This document shows, piece after piece, positions 29,946 to 39,599 of a DNA stretch of 64,000 nucleotides. The DNA lies in the NCBI GenBank assembly GCA_947448415.1, contig CANFMT010000002.1, positions 62,698 through 126,697 of the forward strand, in the 5' to 3' direction. Each line of letters starts with the position of its first letter. Position 1 is the stretch's first letter. A program made the position numbers and the translations under genes. The DNA comes from Burkholderiaceae bacterium (GTDB lineage Bacteria > Pseudomonadota > Gammaproteobacteria > Burkholderiales > Burkholderiaceae). The notes beneath the pieces are model-generated. The model saw only the letters and a program-made list of their open reading frames with translations. It did no database searches and was not told where the DNA came from.

Positions 29946-31055
29946 ATGAATCAACAATTAATTAAACGCGTTCTGGCATCAGCTGTGACTGCTTCATTGG
30001 CTTTTGCACCAATAGCTAGTAATGCATGCACTAGTTTTTTATTAAAAGGTAGCGATAGTGGATTTGTTTATGGCCGTACCATGGAATTTGGTTTGCCTTT
30101 GAAATCCCAGTTAACAACGATCCCTAGAAGTCTAGCTATGGCTGGTGTCGGTGTGGATGGTAAGCCTGGTACCGGTCTTAATTGGACTACTAAGTATGCT
30201 GCTGTTGGTATGAATGGTTTAGGCATGCCTATTCTATTGGACGGCATGAATGAAAAAGGTTTAGTAGGTGGCTTGCTGAATGCACCTAATACAGCGGTTT
30301 ATCAAGTTGTGAGCCCTGCCGATTCTGCCAATAGTATTGCGTCCGTTCAGATGCTGACCTATGCCTTAACGAACTTTGCTTCTATTGATGAAGTAAAAGC
30401 CGGCTTTCAGAAAATCAAAATTAATCGCTCGACTATTCCGGCATATAACAACCAGTCTGCTCCAGTTCGCATGACTCTGCACGATGCAAAAGGTAAAAGC
30501 ATTGTGATCGAATATCTAAAGGGTGATTTAGTAATTACTGATAACCCAACTGGCGTCATGACAAATGATCCGCCATTCAGAGAGCAATTAAATACTATTG
30601 GAAACTACGCCAATCTAACGAGTGTTGAAAAGAATCCAATTGTTATTAATGGGGCTTCTTATGTGCCACCTAGTTCTGGAAGCGGACTGCATGGCCTGCC
30701 AGGTGATTACCTAAGTCCAAGCCGCTTTATTCGTGCTCTGTTCTTAACCAAATCAGTTCCTGCATCTTATCCAACGGCACAGTTAAGTAATACCGCTTGG
30801 CATATCTTGGGTAGCTTTGATATTCCTCCCGGAGCAATCAGCTTACCAGCTACAAATGCTTATGGCGGAGGCGCTGGTGGAATTGAAATTACTGAGTGGT
30901 CAGTTGTAGCGGATAACAAGAACATGATCTATAACTTGAAAATGTTTGAGACCACTAATATTTATACCTTTGATCTAAAAAAGATGGACTTTAACGCTAA
31001 AGAAATTAAGTACACAAAGTTAGATAAATCTTTAGCTACTATTTCTGTTAATTAA
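29946..31055 (+). CDS. Exported linear amide C-N hydrolase (choloylglycine hydrolase/penicillin V acylase family, Ntn fold)
   Basis: Signal peptide ending SNA|CTS exposes the N-terminal Cys nucleophile. Also GRTMEF, DGMNEKGL, MTNDP, LPGDY.SPSRF. Confidence 0.92.
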   Translation: MNQQLIKRVLASAVTASLAFAPIASNACTSFLLKGSDSGFVYGRTMEFGLPLKSQLTTIPRSLAMAGVGVDGKPGTGLNWTTKYAAVGMNGLGMPILLDGMNEKGLVGGLLNAPNTAVYQVVSPADSANSIASVQMLTYALTNFASIDEVKAGFQKIKINRSTIPAYNNQSAPVRMTLHDAKGKSIVIEYLKGDLVITDNPTGVMTNDPPFREQLNTIGNYANLTSVEKNPIVINGASYVPPSSGSGLHGLPGDYLSPSRFIRALFLTKSVPASYPTAQLSNTAWHILGSFDIPPGAISLPATNAYGGGAGGIEITEWSVVADNKNMIYNLKMFETTNIYTFDLKKMDFNAKEIKYTKLDKSLATISVN

Positions 31056-31702
31056 TGCTCAAGATCAATAGCCCTTTCAAAAATTATTGCTGCTTTGCTG
31101 TAGTTGGATTGCTGGCGGCAATCATTTTGTCTGGCTGTCAATCTACTGGTACAGATGGCAAGCCGCTAACGCAGGCTCAGATTATCCAAAAGCGTGATGC
31201 GACTTTGCAGATGTCAAAAGCCGGTCTTGATGCTTTGATAAAACAAAAGCCAGAAGTTAAACAAGAGATTGACCGTGCAGCAGGGTATGCTGTTTTTAGC
31301 GCCACCAATGTCAATATTGTTTTGGTGGTCTTGGCTCGCGGTGATGGGGTGCTATTTGATAAGAGGCGCAAGGATCCTATCTTTATGAAGGATCTTAAAA
31401 CAGGCGAGGGCTTAGGGGCGGGCTATCAGAATCAATATCAAGTAGTGATCTTTAAGACTCCTGACGCCATCGATCAATTTTTATTGACTTCAATTGATGG
31501 TCAGCGGGGTGGCGTCGATGTCGATGCTAATTTCTCAGCAGGTTCAGGCGGCACCATTAGATCGCTTAATCCTGAAATCACCTTTTATACAGTTGGTCTT
31601 TCTGGATATGACTTGCAGGCTAACTATGGCGGAACTTTATATTTGGTAGATCAGCAATTAAATGATCCCGCTCTATTAAATAGCTTACCTAAAAAGAAGT
31701 AA
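31055..31702 (+). CDS. YSC84/SYLF-related lipoprotein
   Basis: Lipobox LSGC, AAGYAVF, G.GV, GLGAG...YQVVIF. Translationally coupled to the Ntn hydrolase (TAATG). Confidence 0.7.
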   Translation: MLKINSPFKNYCCFAVVGLLAAIILSGCQSTGTDGKPLTQAQIIQKRDATLQMSKAGLDALIKQKPEVKQEIDRAAGYAVFSATNVNIVLVVLARGDGVLFDKRRKDPIFMKDLKTGEGLGAGYQNQYQVVIFKTPDAIDQFLLTSIDGQRGGVDVDANFSAGSGGTIRSLNPEITFYTVGLSGYDLQANYGGTLYLVDQQLNDPALLNSLPKKK

Positions 31703-31863
31703 TCCTGTTCTGTATAGAGAGTTTTTTGTTTTTTAGAAGCCCTAGTTAGAAGTAGCCGGGGTTTTCTTTTTCCGATTTACCTAAATCTACTGGTATTTCT
31801 CTATAGAAACCCTTCTGAACGAGTGTAGATTGATGGATAGCTAATTCCATCTGAAAGGTCTAT

Positions 31864-32424
31864 ATGAGCAAGAAATCGCAGGATGCAAACGGTGTAATGG
31901 GTCAACAGAGAGCTGTTGAGGCAACCAAGGCTGCTGGACGGGTCGCGATGGAGAGTGCTCAGGCTATTGCTCAAATTAACCAGCAAGCTACGCAAGAATT
32001 AGCAGAACTTATTCAAAAACGAGTATCTGAGTTGATGAAAACTCAAGATCCTCGCGCAGCCTTTGATTACATTCATGCCGAAGTATTGCAAGATGCTGCT
32101 AAGGAAATTACCCAATATCACAATCAATTGCTACAGATACTAAAGGGCGGCAACCAAGAACTGGCTGATATAGCCGAAACTATGATTCAAGAATCCAAAG
32201 CGGATCTCATTCATTTTGTAAATGAAGCGACTGACAATGCTCCGGCTGGTAGCGAAGCCTATGTTTCAGTTTTTAAAACTTCATTTAATCATGCTTTGCA
32301 AAATTTTGAGTTGATGCGCGCTGCTATGGCTGACTCTTTTTCAAACTTTGAGAAAAGCGTAGGGAATGTAAGTAATTTGGTGAATAGTAAAGCTGTCCCC
32401 AAGAAAAAAGGTAGGGCGACTTAA
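31864..32424 (+). CDS. phaP: Phasin family protein
   Basis: Helical, Ala/Gln-rich, with the NAPAGSEA.V motif typical of Burkholderiales PhaP. Confidence 0.7.
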   Translation: MSKKSQDANGVMGQQRAVEATKAAGRVAMESAQAIAQINQQATQELAELIQKRVSELMKTQDPRAAFDYIHAEVLQDAAKEITQYHNQLLQILKGGNQELADIAETMIQESKADLIHFVNEATDNAPAGSEAYVSVFKTSFNHALQNFELMRAAMADSFSNFEKSVGNVSNLVNSKAVPKKKGRAT

Positions 32425-33320
32425 TATTGCTTCTGAAATTTCAGGGCGGTTTGAATGGTTTGAAAGTGGATATCCACAGTAGAATCAATTTCTTTTCCAT
32501 AGCCGCCCGCCATGGAGAAAGCTACAGGGATTTGTTGATCTAGCGCATACTGAAATACCATCTCATCACGAAGACGCATTCCATTCTTACTGATGTTGAG
32601 TCTTCCTAGCCTATCTCCTTCGTGGGGGTCGGCTCCAGCTAAGAATATGAAGCAGTCCGCGTTGAAGCGAGAGTCTAGTTGATCTAGGCATCGAGTTAGC
32701 GATTGCAAATAGGTCTCATCGTTACAGCCATCTTCAAGGCCTAGGTCAAGGTCACTTTGCTCTTTTTTGAATGGGAAATTTTTCTCCCCATGAATGGAGA
32801 GGGTAAAAATAGAATGATCATTCTGCAAAATGGATGCGGTGCCATTTCCTTGGTGAACATCTAAATCAATGATGGCAATTTTGAGGGATGAGCTTACCTC
32901 CTTTTGTAGTGCGCGCGCTGCAATCGCAGAATCATTAAAGACACAAAAGCCACTTCCAATATCTCGATAGGCATGATGTGTGCCACCGGCCAGGTTGGCG
33001 GCAATTCCGTCTTCAAGTGCTGCTTTGGATGCTGCCACTGTTGCACCTGCCGAGCGTCGCGAGCGCTCCACCATTTTTTCGCTCCAGGGAAAGCCAATCT
33101 CTCTTTGCTCTTGTACTGAGAGACTGCCCTCTATTACTTTAATAAGATAGCCTGGATCATGCGCATAAAGAATCTGAGTGTCTGTTGCTGCTGGAGCCTC
33201 AACCAACTCTATGCCCTGTAGTGCACCCACTAAATCCCGCAAACGGGAATACTTCTCCATTGGGAAGCGATGACCCGCAGGTAGAGGTAATACGAAATGA
33301 TCTGTATAAAATGCCTTCAC
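32421..33320 (-). CDS. Histone deacetylase family protein
   Basis: HRFPM.KY, GGTHHA, GFCVFND, DLDVHQGNG, GADP, GGY. GTG start at 33320. Confidence 0.92.
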   Translation of the reverse strand: MKAFYTDHFVLPLPAGHRFPMEKYSRLRDLVGALQGIELVEAPAATDTQILYAHDPGYLIKVIEGSLSVQEQREIGFPWSEKMVERSRRSAGATVAASKAALEDGIAANLAGGTHHAYRDIGSGFCVFNDSAIAARALQKEVSSSLKIAIIDLDVHQGNGTASILQNDHSIFTLSIHGEKNFPFKKEQSDLDLGLEDGCNDETYLQSLTRCLDQLDSRFNADCFIFLAGADPHEGDRLGRLNISKNGMRLRDEMVFQYALDQQIPVAFSMAGGYGKEIDSTVDIHFQTIQTALKFQKQY

Positions 33321-33327
33321 GCTTCCT

Positions 33328-33702
33328 TCACACTTCTCTCGCATATTCCTTCAGAATATTGAGCGGAACAACTTCTAAGGCTTTGATGTGGGTGCTCTCT
33401 AGTTTGATGAACGGGGCGCAATTGGCGTTAAGCGCTTCAACCCAGCGATTGATGCATAAACACCATTGATCTCCGGCAATTAACCCAGAAAATTGATATT
33501 CCGGTCTTGGCGTGACGAGATCATTGCCTTTTTCTAGGCTAAATTGCAAAAATTCATTTGTCACAATGGCGCAAACTAAGTGGCTGCCTATGTCCTCTTC
33601 ATTGGTTTTGCAGCATCCATCCCTAAAAAATCCTGTGAGAGGATCAAAGGAACAGGGAGTAAGGGGCTCTCCAAAAACATTTAGTGCGAATTCTGTTTGC
33701 AT
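33328..33702 (-). CDS. DUF2237-family protein
   Basis: NVFGEPL..CS.DPLTGFFRDGCC, GNDL.TP, WCLC..RW. Confidence 0.88.
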   Translation of the reverse strand: MQTEFALNVFGEPLTPCSFDPLTGFFRDGCCKTNEEDIGSHLVCAIVTNEFLQFSLEKGNDLVTPRPEYQFSGLIAGDQWCLCINRWVEALNANCAPFIKLESTHIKALEVVPLNILKEYAREV

Positions 33703-33763
33703 AGCAATCTTTAGTATTTTGATGTCAGCCAGTTTATTGAATAAGCCTTAAACTTGCTGAGCG

Positions 33764-34174
33764 ATGACCCAATTAGAAAAATTGACCTTGTTTTACGATG
33801 GAGCTTGTCCCTTGTGTCAGGCTGAGATCCTATTTTTGTCTGGACGTAATCAAGCAGGGCTTCTAGACTTTATTGATATCAATTCTGAAAAGTTTGATCC
33901 AGCACTGGTTGGAGTCTCATGTGAGGCAGCTTTGGCTGCAATGTATGGGCAGTTTGCCAGTGGTACTCTCATTGAGGGGGTCGCAGTATTTCCTGAGGCA
34001 TATAGAAGGGCAAATCTGCCGACTTTAGCCTGGATATTTTCTATAAGAGTATTGCAGCCTTGTTGGCGCATGTGTTATCGCTTCTTTGCGAAACATAGGC
34101 ATGCCATTTCCAATCTTTTCGGACCACTAGCACTTCGTCTGGTGAAATCAAAATCCTCTGCGACATCAAAATGA
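33764..34174 (+). CDS. DCC1-like thiol-disulfide oxidoreductase (DUF393)
   Basis: FYDGACPLC, YRFFAKHR. Confidence 0.88.
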   Translation: MTQLEKLTLFYDGACPLCQAEILFLSGRNQAGLLDFIDINSEKFDPALVGVSCEAALAAMYGQFASGTLIEGVAVFPEAYRRANLPTLAWIFSIRVLQPCWRMCYRFFAKHRHAISNLFGPLALRLVKSKSSATSK

Positions 34175-34719
34175 CGACAATTCGTTTTTTTCTAATGACC
34201 GTGCTACTAGCTGTACTGATGCCAGTGTGTGCTGCCCGTGATGCGGCAGAATTGCCTGACCATTTGATCAGCGCGACACTTCAGGGGAGTGGACGTCTGA
34301 CTTGGTGGGGCCTTAATGTTTACGATGCCTCTTTTTATCGTGTTGGATCCCTATCGTCGCCAGAGTTTGCTTTAGATTTGCGCTATCAGAAATCATTTTC
34401 CGGTAGGTCCATTGCTAATCGAAGCGTTGAGGAGATGAAAAAAATTGGCGTTCCAGATACTCAAGCAGCACTTTGGGGAAGAGAGTTAACAACTTTTCTG
34501 CCTAATGTGGAGTCTGGACAAACTTTAACGGCCATATATTCTCCTAAGCAAGGTACGGTTTTCTATCACGAAGGCAAGAAGATTGCCCAGATTTCAGGAT
34601 CTGAATTTCCCAAAGCCTTTTTCGGAATTTGGCTTGATCCAAAAACGAGTGTCCCTAAATTGCGCTCAGACTTATTGGGACAAACTTGTCCACCACCATT
34701 ATTTACCGAGGCTTGTTAA
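34171..34719 (+). CDS. Chalcone isomerase-like exported protein
   Basis: G.GRL.WWGL.VYDA, FFGIWL...TS.P.LR..LLG. Confidence 0.85.
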   Translation: MTTIRFFLMTVLLAVLMPVCAARDAAELPDHLISATLQGSGRLTWWGLNVYDASFYRVGSLSSPEFALDLRYQKSFSGRSIANRSVEEMKKIGVPDTQAALWGRELTTFLPNVESGQTLTAIYSPKQGTVFYHEGKKIAQISGSEFPKAFFGIWLDPKTSVPKLRSDLLGQTCPPPLFTEAC

Positions 34720-34722
34720 CTC

Positions 34723-35271
34723 ATGAAACCATTTCTTTTGCGCTTACTTTGCATAGCTTTTTGTGGGTTATTACTAGTCTCATGTTCTTCGCCTCAAGTC
34801 TCTCAATATGCCTCTGAAAAACCGGCATTAGATTTGAGTGATTATTTTTCTGGCACGATCGATGCTTACGGTATCTTCACGGATCGCAGTGGTGAGGTGA
34901 AAAAGCGCTTTACGGTATTAATAAAAGCGAATTGGATTGTTCGTGATGGCAAGAAGGTCGGCACTTTGGATGAGAGCTTTGAGTATTCCGACGGCACTAA
35001 GCAAAAGCGTATTTGGACCTTAACCGAAACATCCCCTGGTAGCTATATTGGTAACGCTGATGATGTGGTGGGTGATGCTCAAGGCCAATTGGCTGGAAAC
35101 GCCCTAAATTGGACCTACACATTGGCTCTGCCGGTGGATGGCACCATTTACCACGTGCAATTTAATGATTGGATGTACTTAGTTACCCCCAAGGTAATGC
35201 TAAATAAGGCCAAGATGAGCAAGTTTGGTATTGAGCTAGGTGAGGTGACTTTGAGCTTCTATAAGCGCTAA
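34723..35271 (+). CDS. DUF3833-family lipoprotein
   Basis: Lipobox LVSC, LDESFEYSDG, DVVG.A.G, FNDWMY. Confidence 0.87.
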   Translation: MKPFLLRLLCIAFCGLLLVSCSSPQVSQYASEKPALDLSDYFSGTIDAYGIFTDRSGEVKKRFTVLIKANWIVRDGKKVGTLDESFEYSDGTKQKRIWTLTETSPGSYIGNADDVVGDAQGQLAGNALNWTYTLALPVDGTIYHVQFNDWMYLVTPKVMLNKAKMSKFGIELGEVTLSFYKR

Positions 35272-35340
35272 GCAAAAGACTTGAATTTGTGTCACACTTT
35301 CCTTGAGGCGTAGGTGAGCGCTCAAATCAAGGAGATTCAA

Positions 35341-35874
35341 ATGAATGCCAAGTTAAAACTAGTATCAATTGCTATGTCAATTTCAGGGATATTGGGCTTG
35401 GTAGCGTGCCAGTCTATGGAGCAGGGCACAGGCCAAAAAGCAAGCGCAATGCTCGACTCAAGATCTGGCTCACAAACCAAGGGCGAGGTTAACTTTGTTT
35501 GGCAAGGCAATGATGTACTGATTAATGGAAAATTTTCTGGCCTGAAGCCAAATTCAGAACAAGGTTTTCATGTGCATGAAAAAGGTGATTGCTCTGCACC
35601 GGATGCGACAAGTGCTGGCGGCCACTTTAACCCCGAGACAAAAGCTCACGGAATGCCAAACAGCGGGATGAATCATGCTGGTGATTTGCCCAACATTAAA
35701 TCAGATGCCAATGGCAACGCGACTTATTCTGCAAAGCTACATGGTTTTGCTGTGAATACTGGCCCCACTGGAATTGTTGGGCGCTCAGTAGTTGTTCACC
35801 GAGATCCGGATGACTATAAGTCTCAGCCCGCCGGAAATTCTGGGCCACGTATTGCTTGCGGTTTAATTAAGTAA
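35341..35874 (+). CDS. sodC: Cu/Zn superoxide dismutase (lipoprotein)
   Basis: Lipobox LVAC, GFHVHE, GGHFNP, HAGDLPN, VVVH, GNSGPRIACG. Confidence 0.95.
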   Translation: MNAKLKLVSIAMSISGILGLVACQSMEQGTGQKASAMLDSRSGSQTKGEVNFVWQGNDVLINGKFSGLKPNSEQGFHVHEKGDCSAPDATSAGGHFNPETKAHGMPNSGMNHAGDLPNIKSDANGNATYSAKLHGFAVNTGPTGIVGRSVVVHRDPDDYKSQPAGNSGPRIACGLIK

Positions 35875-35915
35875 TTAGATTTTGTTTATTAATATTTGAA
35901 GAAGCAGGGTAATTG

Positions 35916-36350
35916 ATGAGAATTGAAGATACCGATCCAGCGCGGCATGCGGGAATTGAATATCCGATGGAAGTTGGCGCCCCTGTATTTGCACCTATTA
36001 AGGTAGTTGAGGAAAAAGATAAAGCTGTCAATGTAGCTCGTCAAAACGCTAAGTTGGAATACGACAGAATTATGGAGCAGGCTGAAGTCTTAATGAAGCA
36101 AGCTAGAGCGCTTCAAGCTAGGTTGGATGCTACTGAGATGGTGCATAGTGCAAAATTTAGTTTCAATCCTATCCACGGCAAGATTTATCATCTTTACTAC
36201 GATGCTAGAAATGCTGTGAATGTATTAATTCAGAATGGTCCAAAAGAATGGAGTTGCGGTATTCCGGATGGTTGGACGTATTCGATGGCGGTAAAGAAGT
36301 TGGGCGATAGTACTTGGGCTGTAATTGAGGAAGACGCTTTAACTGTTTAA
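35916..36350 (+). CDS. DUF2452-like protein
   Basis: YP..VGAP.F, a coiled segment, F.P..G.IYHLY, P.EW, D.TW. Confidence 0.7.
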   Translation: MRIEDTDPARHAGIEYPMEVGAPVFAPIKVVEEKDKAVNVARQNAKLEYDRIMEQAEVLMKQARALQARLDATEMVHSAKFSFNPIHGKIYHLYYDARNAVNVLIQNGPKEWSCGIPDGWTYSMAVKKLGDSTWAVIEEDALTV

Positions 36351-36384
36351 TCATTTTTCTAAATAAAAAATAATAAGGTGACAC

Positions 36385-37365
36385 GTGACAAAAGCTCGAG
36401 TTGTTAGTCTTTCAGAACTTGGTGGGGCAGAAGTAATTAAGTTGATTGATAAGGAATTGCCTTCACCGGCAAAAGGTGAAGTGCAGATTCGTCAAACTGC
36501 TGTAGGGTTCAATTTCATTGATGTATATCAGCGCTCAGGTATCTATCCTCTCGATTTGCCCACTGGGCTAGGTCACGAGGGGGTGGGTGTTGTTGAGGCA
36601 CTGGGTGAGGGCGTTACAAGCCTCAAGATAGGTGATCGCGTGGTGTACATGAATGCTGGTATTGGCGCTTATGCAAGTGCTCGCAATGTACCGGCAGATA
36701 AATTAGTCCCGCTGCCAAACAATATATCAGATGAGGTTGCTGCGGCAGTATTTTTCAAGGCAATGACAGCTCAATATTTGGTACAAAAGACATACAAAGT
36801 AAAAGCTGGTGATGTCGTGTTGGTGCATGCTGCCGCTGGTGGCGTTGGACAAATTTTGGCTGGCTGGGCAAAAGCCTTGGGCGCATTTGTTGTTGGTACT
36901 GTTGGCTCTCAGGCAAAGTTTGCTGCCGCTAAAGAAGCGGGTTGCGATTCGGTAATTGATTACTCTGAGCCCAATTGGGTTGAGGAGTTTATGAAAGCAA
37001 CTGACGGTAAAAAAGCTAATGTTGTTTATGACTCAGTGGCTAAGACGACATTCCTAGGATCCTTGGACTGTACTGCGCCTTTTGGCACCGTTGCTTTATT
37101 TGGCGCTGCGTCTGGACCTGCTCCCGAAATTCAACCAGAAATACTGAATAAAAAAGGTTGTTTATTTTTAACTCGACCTTCAGTATTTCCACACAACGCT
37201 ACAGCAGCGCTCTTGCAAGAAAATGCCAAGGCAGTATTTGATGCAATTGCTAAGGGACACGTTAAAGTTCAAATTGGTGCAAAGTTTCCCCTAGAAGAAG
37301 TTGCAGATGCGCATCGCGCAGCAGAAGGTCGCAAAGTTGCCGGAGCCATTGTGTTGATACCTTAA
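36385..37365 (+). CDS. qor: NADPH:quinone oxidoreductase
   Basis: GFNFIDVYQRSG.Y, HAAAGGVG, VVYDSV, LTRPS. Confidence 0.9.
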   Translation: MTKARVVSLSELGGAEVIKLIDKELPSPAKGEVQIRQTAVGFNFIDVYQRSGIYPLDLPTGLGHEGVGVVEALGEGVTSLKIGDRVVYMNAGIGAYASARNVPADKLVPLPNNISDEVAAAVFFKAMTAQYLVQKTYKVKAGDVVLVHAAAGGVGQILAGWAKALGAFVVGTVGSQAKFAAAKEAGCDSVIDYSEPNWVEEFMKATDGKKANVVYDSVAKTTFLGSLDCTAPFGTVALFGAASGPAPEIQPEILNKKGCLFLTRPSVFPHNATAALLQENAKAVFDAIAKGHVKVQIGAKFPLEEVADAHRAAEGRKVAGAIVLIP

Positions 37366-37388
37366 GTTATGTGCGCTAACCCACACAG

Positions 37389-37411
37389 ACCCTGCTTCGG
37401 CAGGGTTTTTT
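37389..37411 (+). terminator. Rho-independent terminator
   Basis: ACCCTGC-TTCG-GCAGGGT-TTTTT. Confidence 0.85.
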
Positions 37412-37438
37412 ATTAAAAAATAGGCGTAGTATTAATGA

Positions 37439-37849
37439 ATGAAAACACTCATCAGATTTATTCTTACTACCCAATTATTAGTTATCAGTTCTTTTGGGTT
37501 CGCACAAATTTCAGAGACTCAGCGCTCCGAAGGTATTCCTTATATTAGTGGCGGAGTTGGTGAAGGCGAGACCGCTGCTATTCTTGCCGAAGCAAAGCAG
37601 TGGTCACTACTTCTTGAGCTCTCTCAACTAGAGAATGGTAGGGGGATGTGGATTTTTGGCGCAAACATCAAGATAACCAATTCAACTAAGAAGATCATTT
37701 TTGACGCACAGGCCAATGGCCCATACATGTTGATTAACTTAGATGCCGGTGATTATTTAATCGAAGCAAGCTATCAAGGCGTTGCTCAGACAAGATCTGT
37801 GAGTATTAAAACGAATGCCCCACAAAAGATTTCACTTTTTTGGAAATAA
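37439..37849 (+). CDS. Exported protein with a carboxypeptidase-regulatory-like beta-sandwich
   Basis: Signal peptide, YISGGVG, GP.MLINL.AG.Y.I.A. Confidence 0.7.
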   Translation: MKTLIRFILTTQLLVISSFGFAQISETQRSEGIPYISGGVGEGETAAILAEAKQWSLLLELSQLENGRGMWIFGANIKITNSTKKIIFDAQANGPYMLINLDAGDYLIEASYQGVAQTRSVSIKTNAPQKISLFWK

Positions 37850-37941
37850 GTCATTTATTGGTGCAATGCCACATAAACCTGGATGTCCTTTTTGGGCTAT
37901 GATTTCTAGTCGCATATAAAGATAAATTAGGAGTCAGCCTT

Positions 37942-38796
37942 ATGAAAGTCATTTCACTAAAGTCTTGTATTGGTATGTTATTGGCAGCAGCATCTGTGCT
38001 GTCCGTCCCTTCGCTGGCAAATGCACAGACTGCTGGTGCCGGCGCTCAGGGTAAAACAGATGTGTTGTGGTTTGGTCAAGCCGCCTTCAGGATTAAAAGT
38101 CCTCAAGGGAAGATGATTGTGATTGACCCCTGGATTACTGGTGGTCCAAAGACCCCGCCACAATACAAGAATGATCTTTCAGCTATTGGACCGATTGATT
38201 TATTGCTTGTAACCCATGCTCACGTCGATCATATTGGAGATGCACCAGCAATAGCTAAGGCTAACAATACTAAGTTGTACGGCCCTGCGGATATGATCAC
38301 TCCATTAACTACTCTTGGCGTGATGCCGGCAGATTTGACGCATCGTTTTAATAAAACCGGTCGCGTTACTCCTTTGCCTGGAATTAAGGTTACAGCGGTA
38401 CAGGCAGAACACTCTTCATTATTGGTCTGGAAAAATCCAGCGACTGACAAACTCGAGTCTCATCCAGGTGGTGAGGCAATGGGCTACATCATTGAGCTTG
38501 AGAATGGTTTTAAGATTTGGCATATGGGCGATACAGGCTTATTTACCGATATGAAATTTATCAGTGAGCACTACAAACCAGATTTAGTGATGATTCCGAT
38601 TGGTGGTAATTTCACCATGGCTCCGGATGATGCCGCTTTTGCTCTGCGTACTTGGGTTAAGCCAAAAATGGTGATCCCAATGCATTACAACTCTAACCCA
38701 TTAGCAAAAGGTACTTTGGCTGAATTTCAGGCTGCTATGAAGGGCAGCAATATCAAGGTAATTCCCATGACTGAGGGCGAGACGGTTCAGTTTTAA
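37942..38796 (+). CDS. Exported metallo-beta-lactamase-fold hydrolase (UPF0173-like)
   Basis: IDPW, THAHVDH, AEHSS, HMGDT, PIGG.FTM, IPMHY. Confidence 0.88.
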   Translation: MKVISLKSCIGMLLAAASVLSVPSLANAQTAGAGAQGKTDVLWFGQAAFRIKSPQGKMIVIDPWITGGPKTPPQYKNDLSAIGPIDLLLVTHAHVDHIGDAPAIAKANNTKLYGPADMITPLTTLGVMPADLTHRFNKTGRVTPLPGIKVTAVQAEHSSLLVWKNPATDKLESHPGGEAMGYIIELENGFKIWHMGDTGLFTDMKFISEHYKPDLVMIPIGGNFTMAPDDAAFALRTWVKPKMVIPMHYNSNPLAKGTLAEFQAAMKGSNIKVIPMTEGETVQF

Positions 38797-38856
38797 TGGC
38801 CCTAATAACTTGCTACATCAATAGCTAAAACTAAGTCATTTTTTAAAAGGAACAAG

Positions 38857-39408
38857 ATGTCCAAAATTGTGGTGGTATTTCATAGTGGTTATGGTCACAC
38901 AGTAAAACAAGCTGAGGCCGTAGCCAAGGGTGCGGGCGCTACATTAGTTCCAATCGACGCTGATGGAAATATTACCGATGCACAGTGGGCCACCTTAAAT
39001 GAAGCAGATGCAATCGTATTTGGGTCACCAACTTACATGGGGACTGTTAGCTGGCAGTTCAAGAAATTTTCGGATGCCTCTTCTAAACAATGGTTCTCTC
39101 AGCAATGGAAAGACAAAGTATTTGGCGGCTTTACAAACTCGGCAACGATGAATGGCGATAAGCACTCAACCTTGCACTATTTCTTTACTCTAGCAATGCA
39201 GCATTCTGGATTATGGGTTGGTACTGGCTTAATGCCATCTAATTCGAAAGCGGCTAAGCGTGATGATGTGAATTACGTGGGGTCATCTGCCGGGGCAATG
39301 ATGCAAACCCCATCAGATGCTAGCGCTGATGAGGTGAATGCAGGAGATTTAGAGACTGCGCGTCTATATGGGCAGCGCATTGCGGCAATCACGCAGCGCC
39401 TAAAGTAA
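38857..39408 (+). CDS. Flavodoxin family protein (WrbA-like)
   Basis: HSGYGHT, FGSPTYMG, GFTNS...GDK. Confidence 0.88.
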   Translation: MSKIVVVFHSGYGHTVKQAEAVAKGAGATLVPIDADGNITDAQWATLNEADAIVFGSPTYMGTVSWQFKKFSDASSKQWFSQQWKDKVFGGFTNSATMNGDKHSTLHYFFTLAMQHSGLWVGTGLMPSNSKAAKRDDVNYVGSSAGAMMQTPSDASADEVNAGDLETARLYGQRIAAITQRLK

Positions 39409-39430
39409 TTCTTAAAATGGGCTGATTGAC

Positions 39431-39455
39431 AAAAAACCACCTTCGGGTGGTTTTT
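39431..39455. terminator. Rho-independent terminator
   Basis: AAAAAACCACC-TTCG-GGTGGTTTTT. Confidence 0.85.
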
Positions 39456-39535
39456 ATTTCCCCTACAAGTCAGTTTATAATTCTCTAACTAACTGAATTA
39501 AAAGAGATTATTCTCAAAAATCGACTTTTGCTCGT

Positions 39536-39564
39536 TTGACAGTCCCCATGGGCTCTTGGACAAT
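39536..39564 (+). promoter_or_regulatory. Putative sigma70 promoter of the ccm operon
   Basis: TTGACA-N17-GACAAT upstream of ccmA. Confidence 0.5.
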
Positions 39565-39599
39565 GCTTGGGGTGGTTTGATTCAAGCCATAAGCCTTTA

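Noticed and set aside
35290-35312. TGTCACA...CGTA as an ECF41-type promoter for sodC
   Set aside because: The spacer is 12 nt, shorter than the roughly 16 nt expected.
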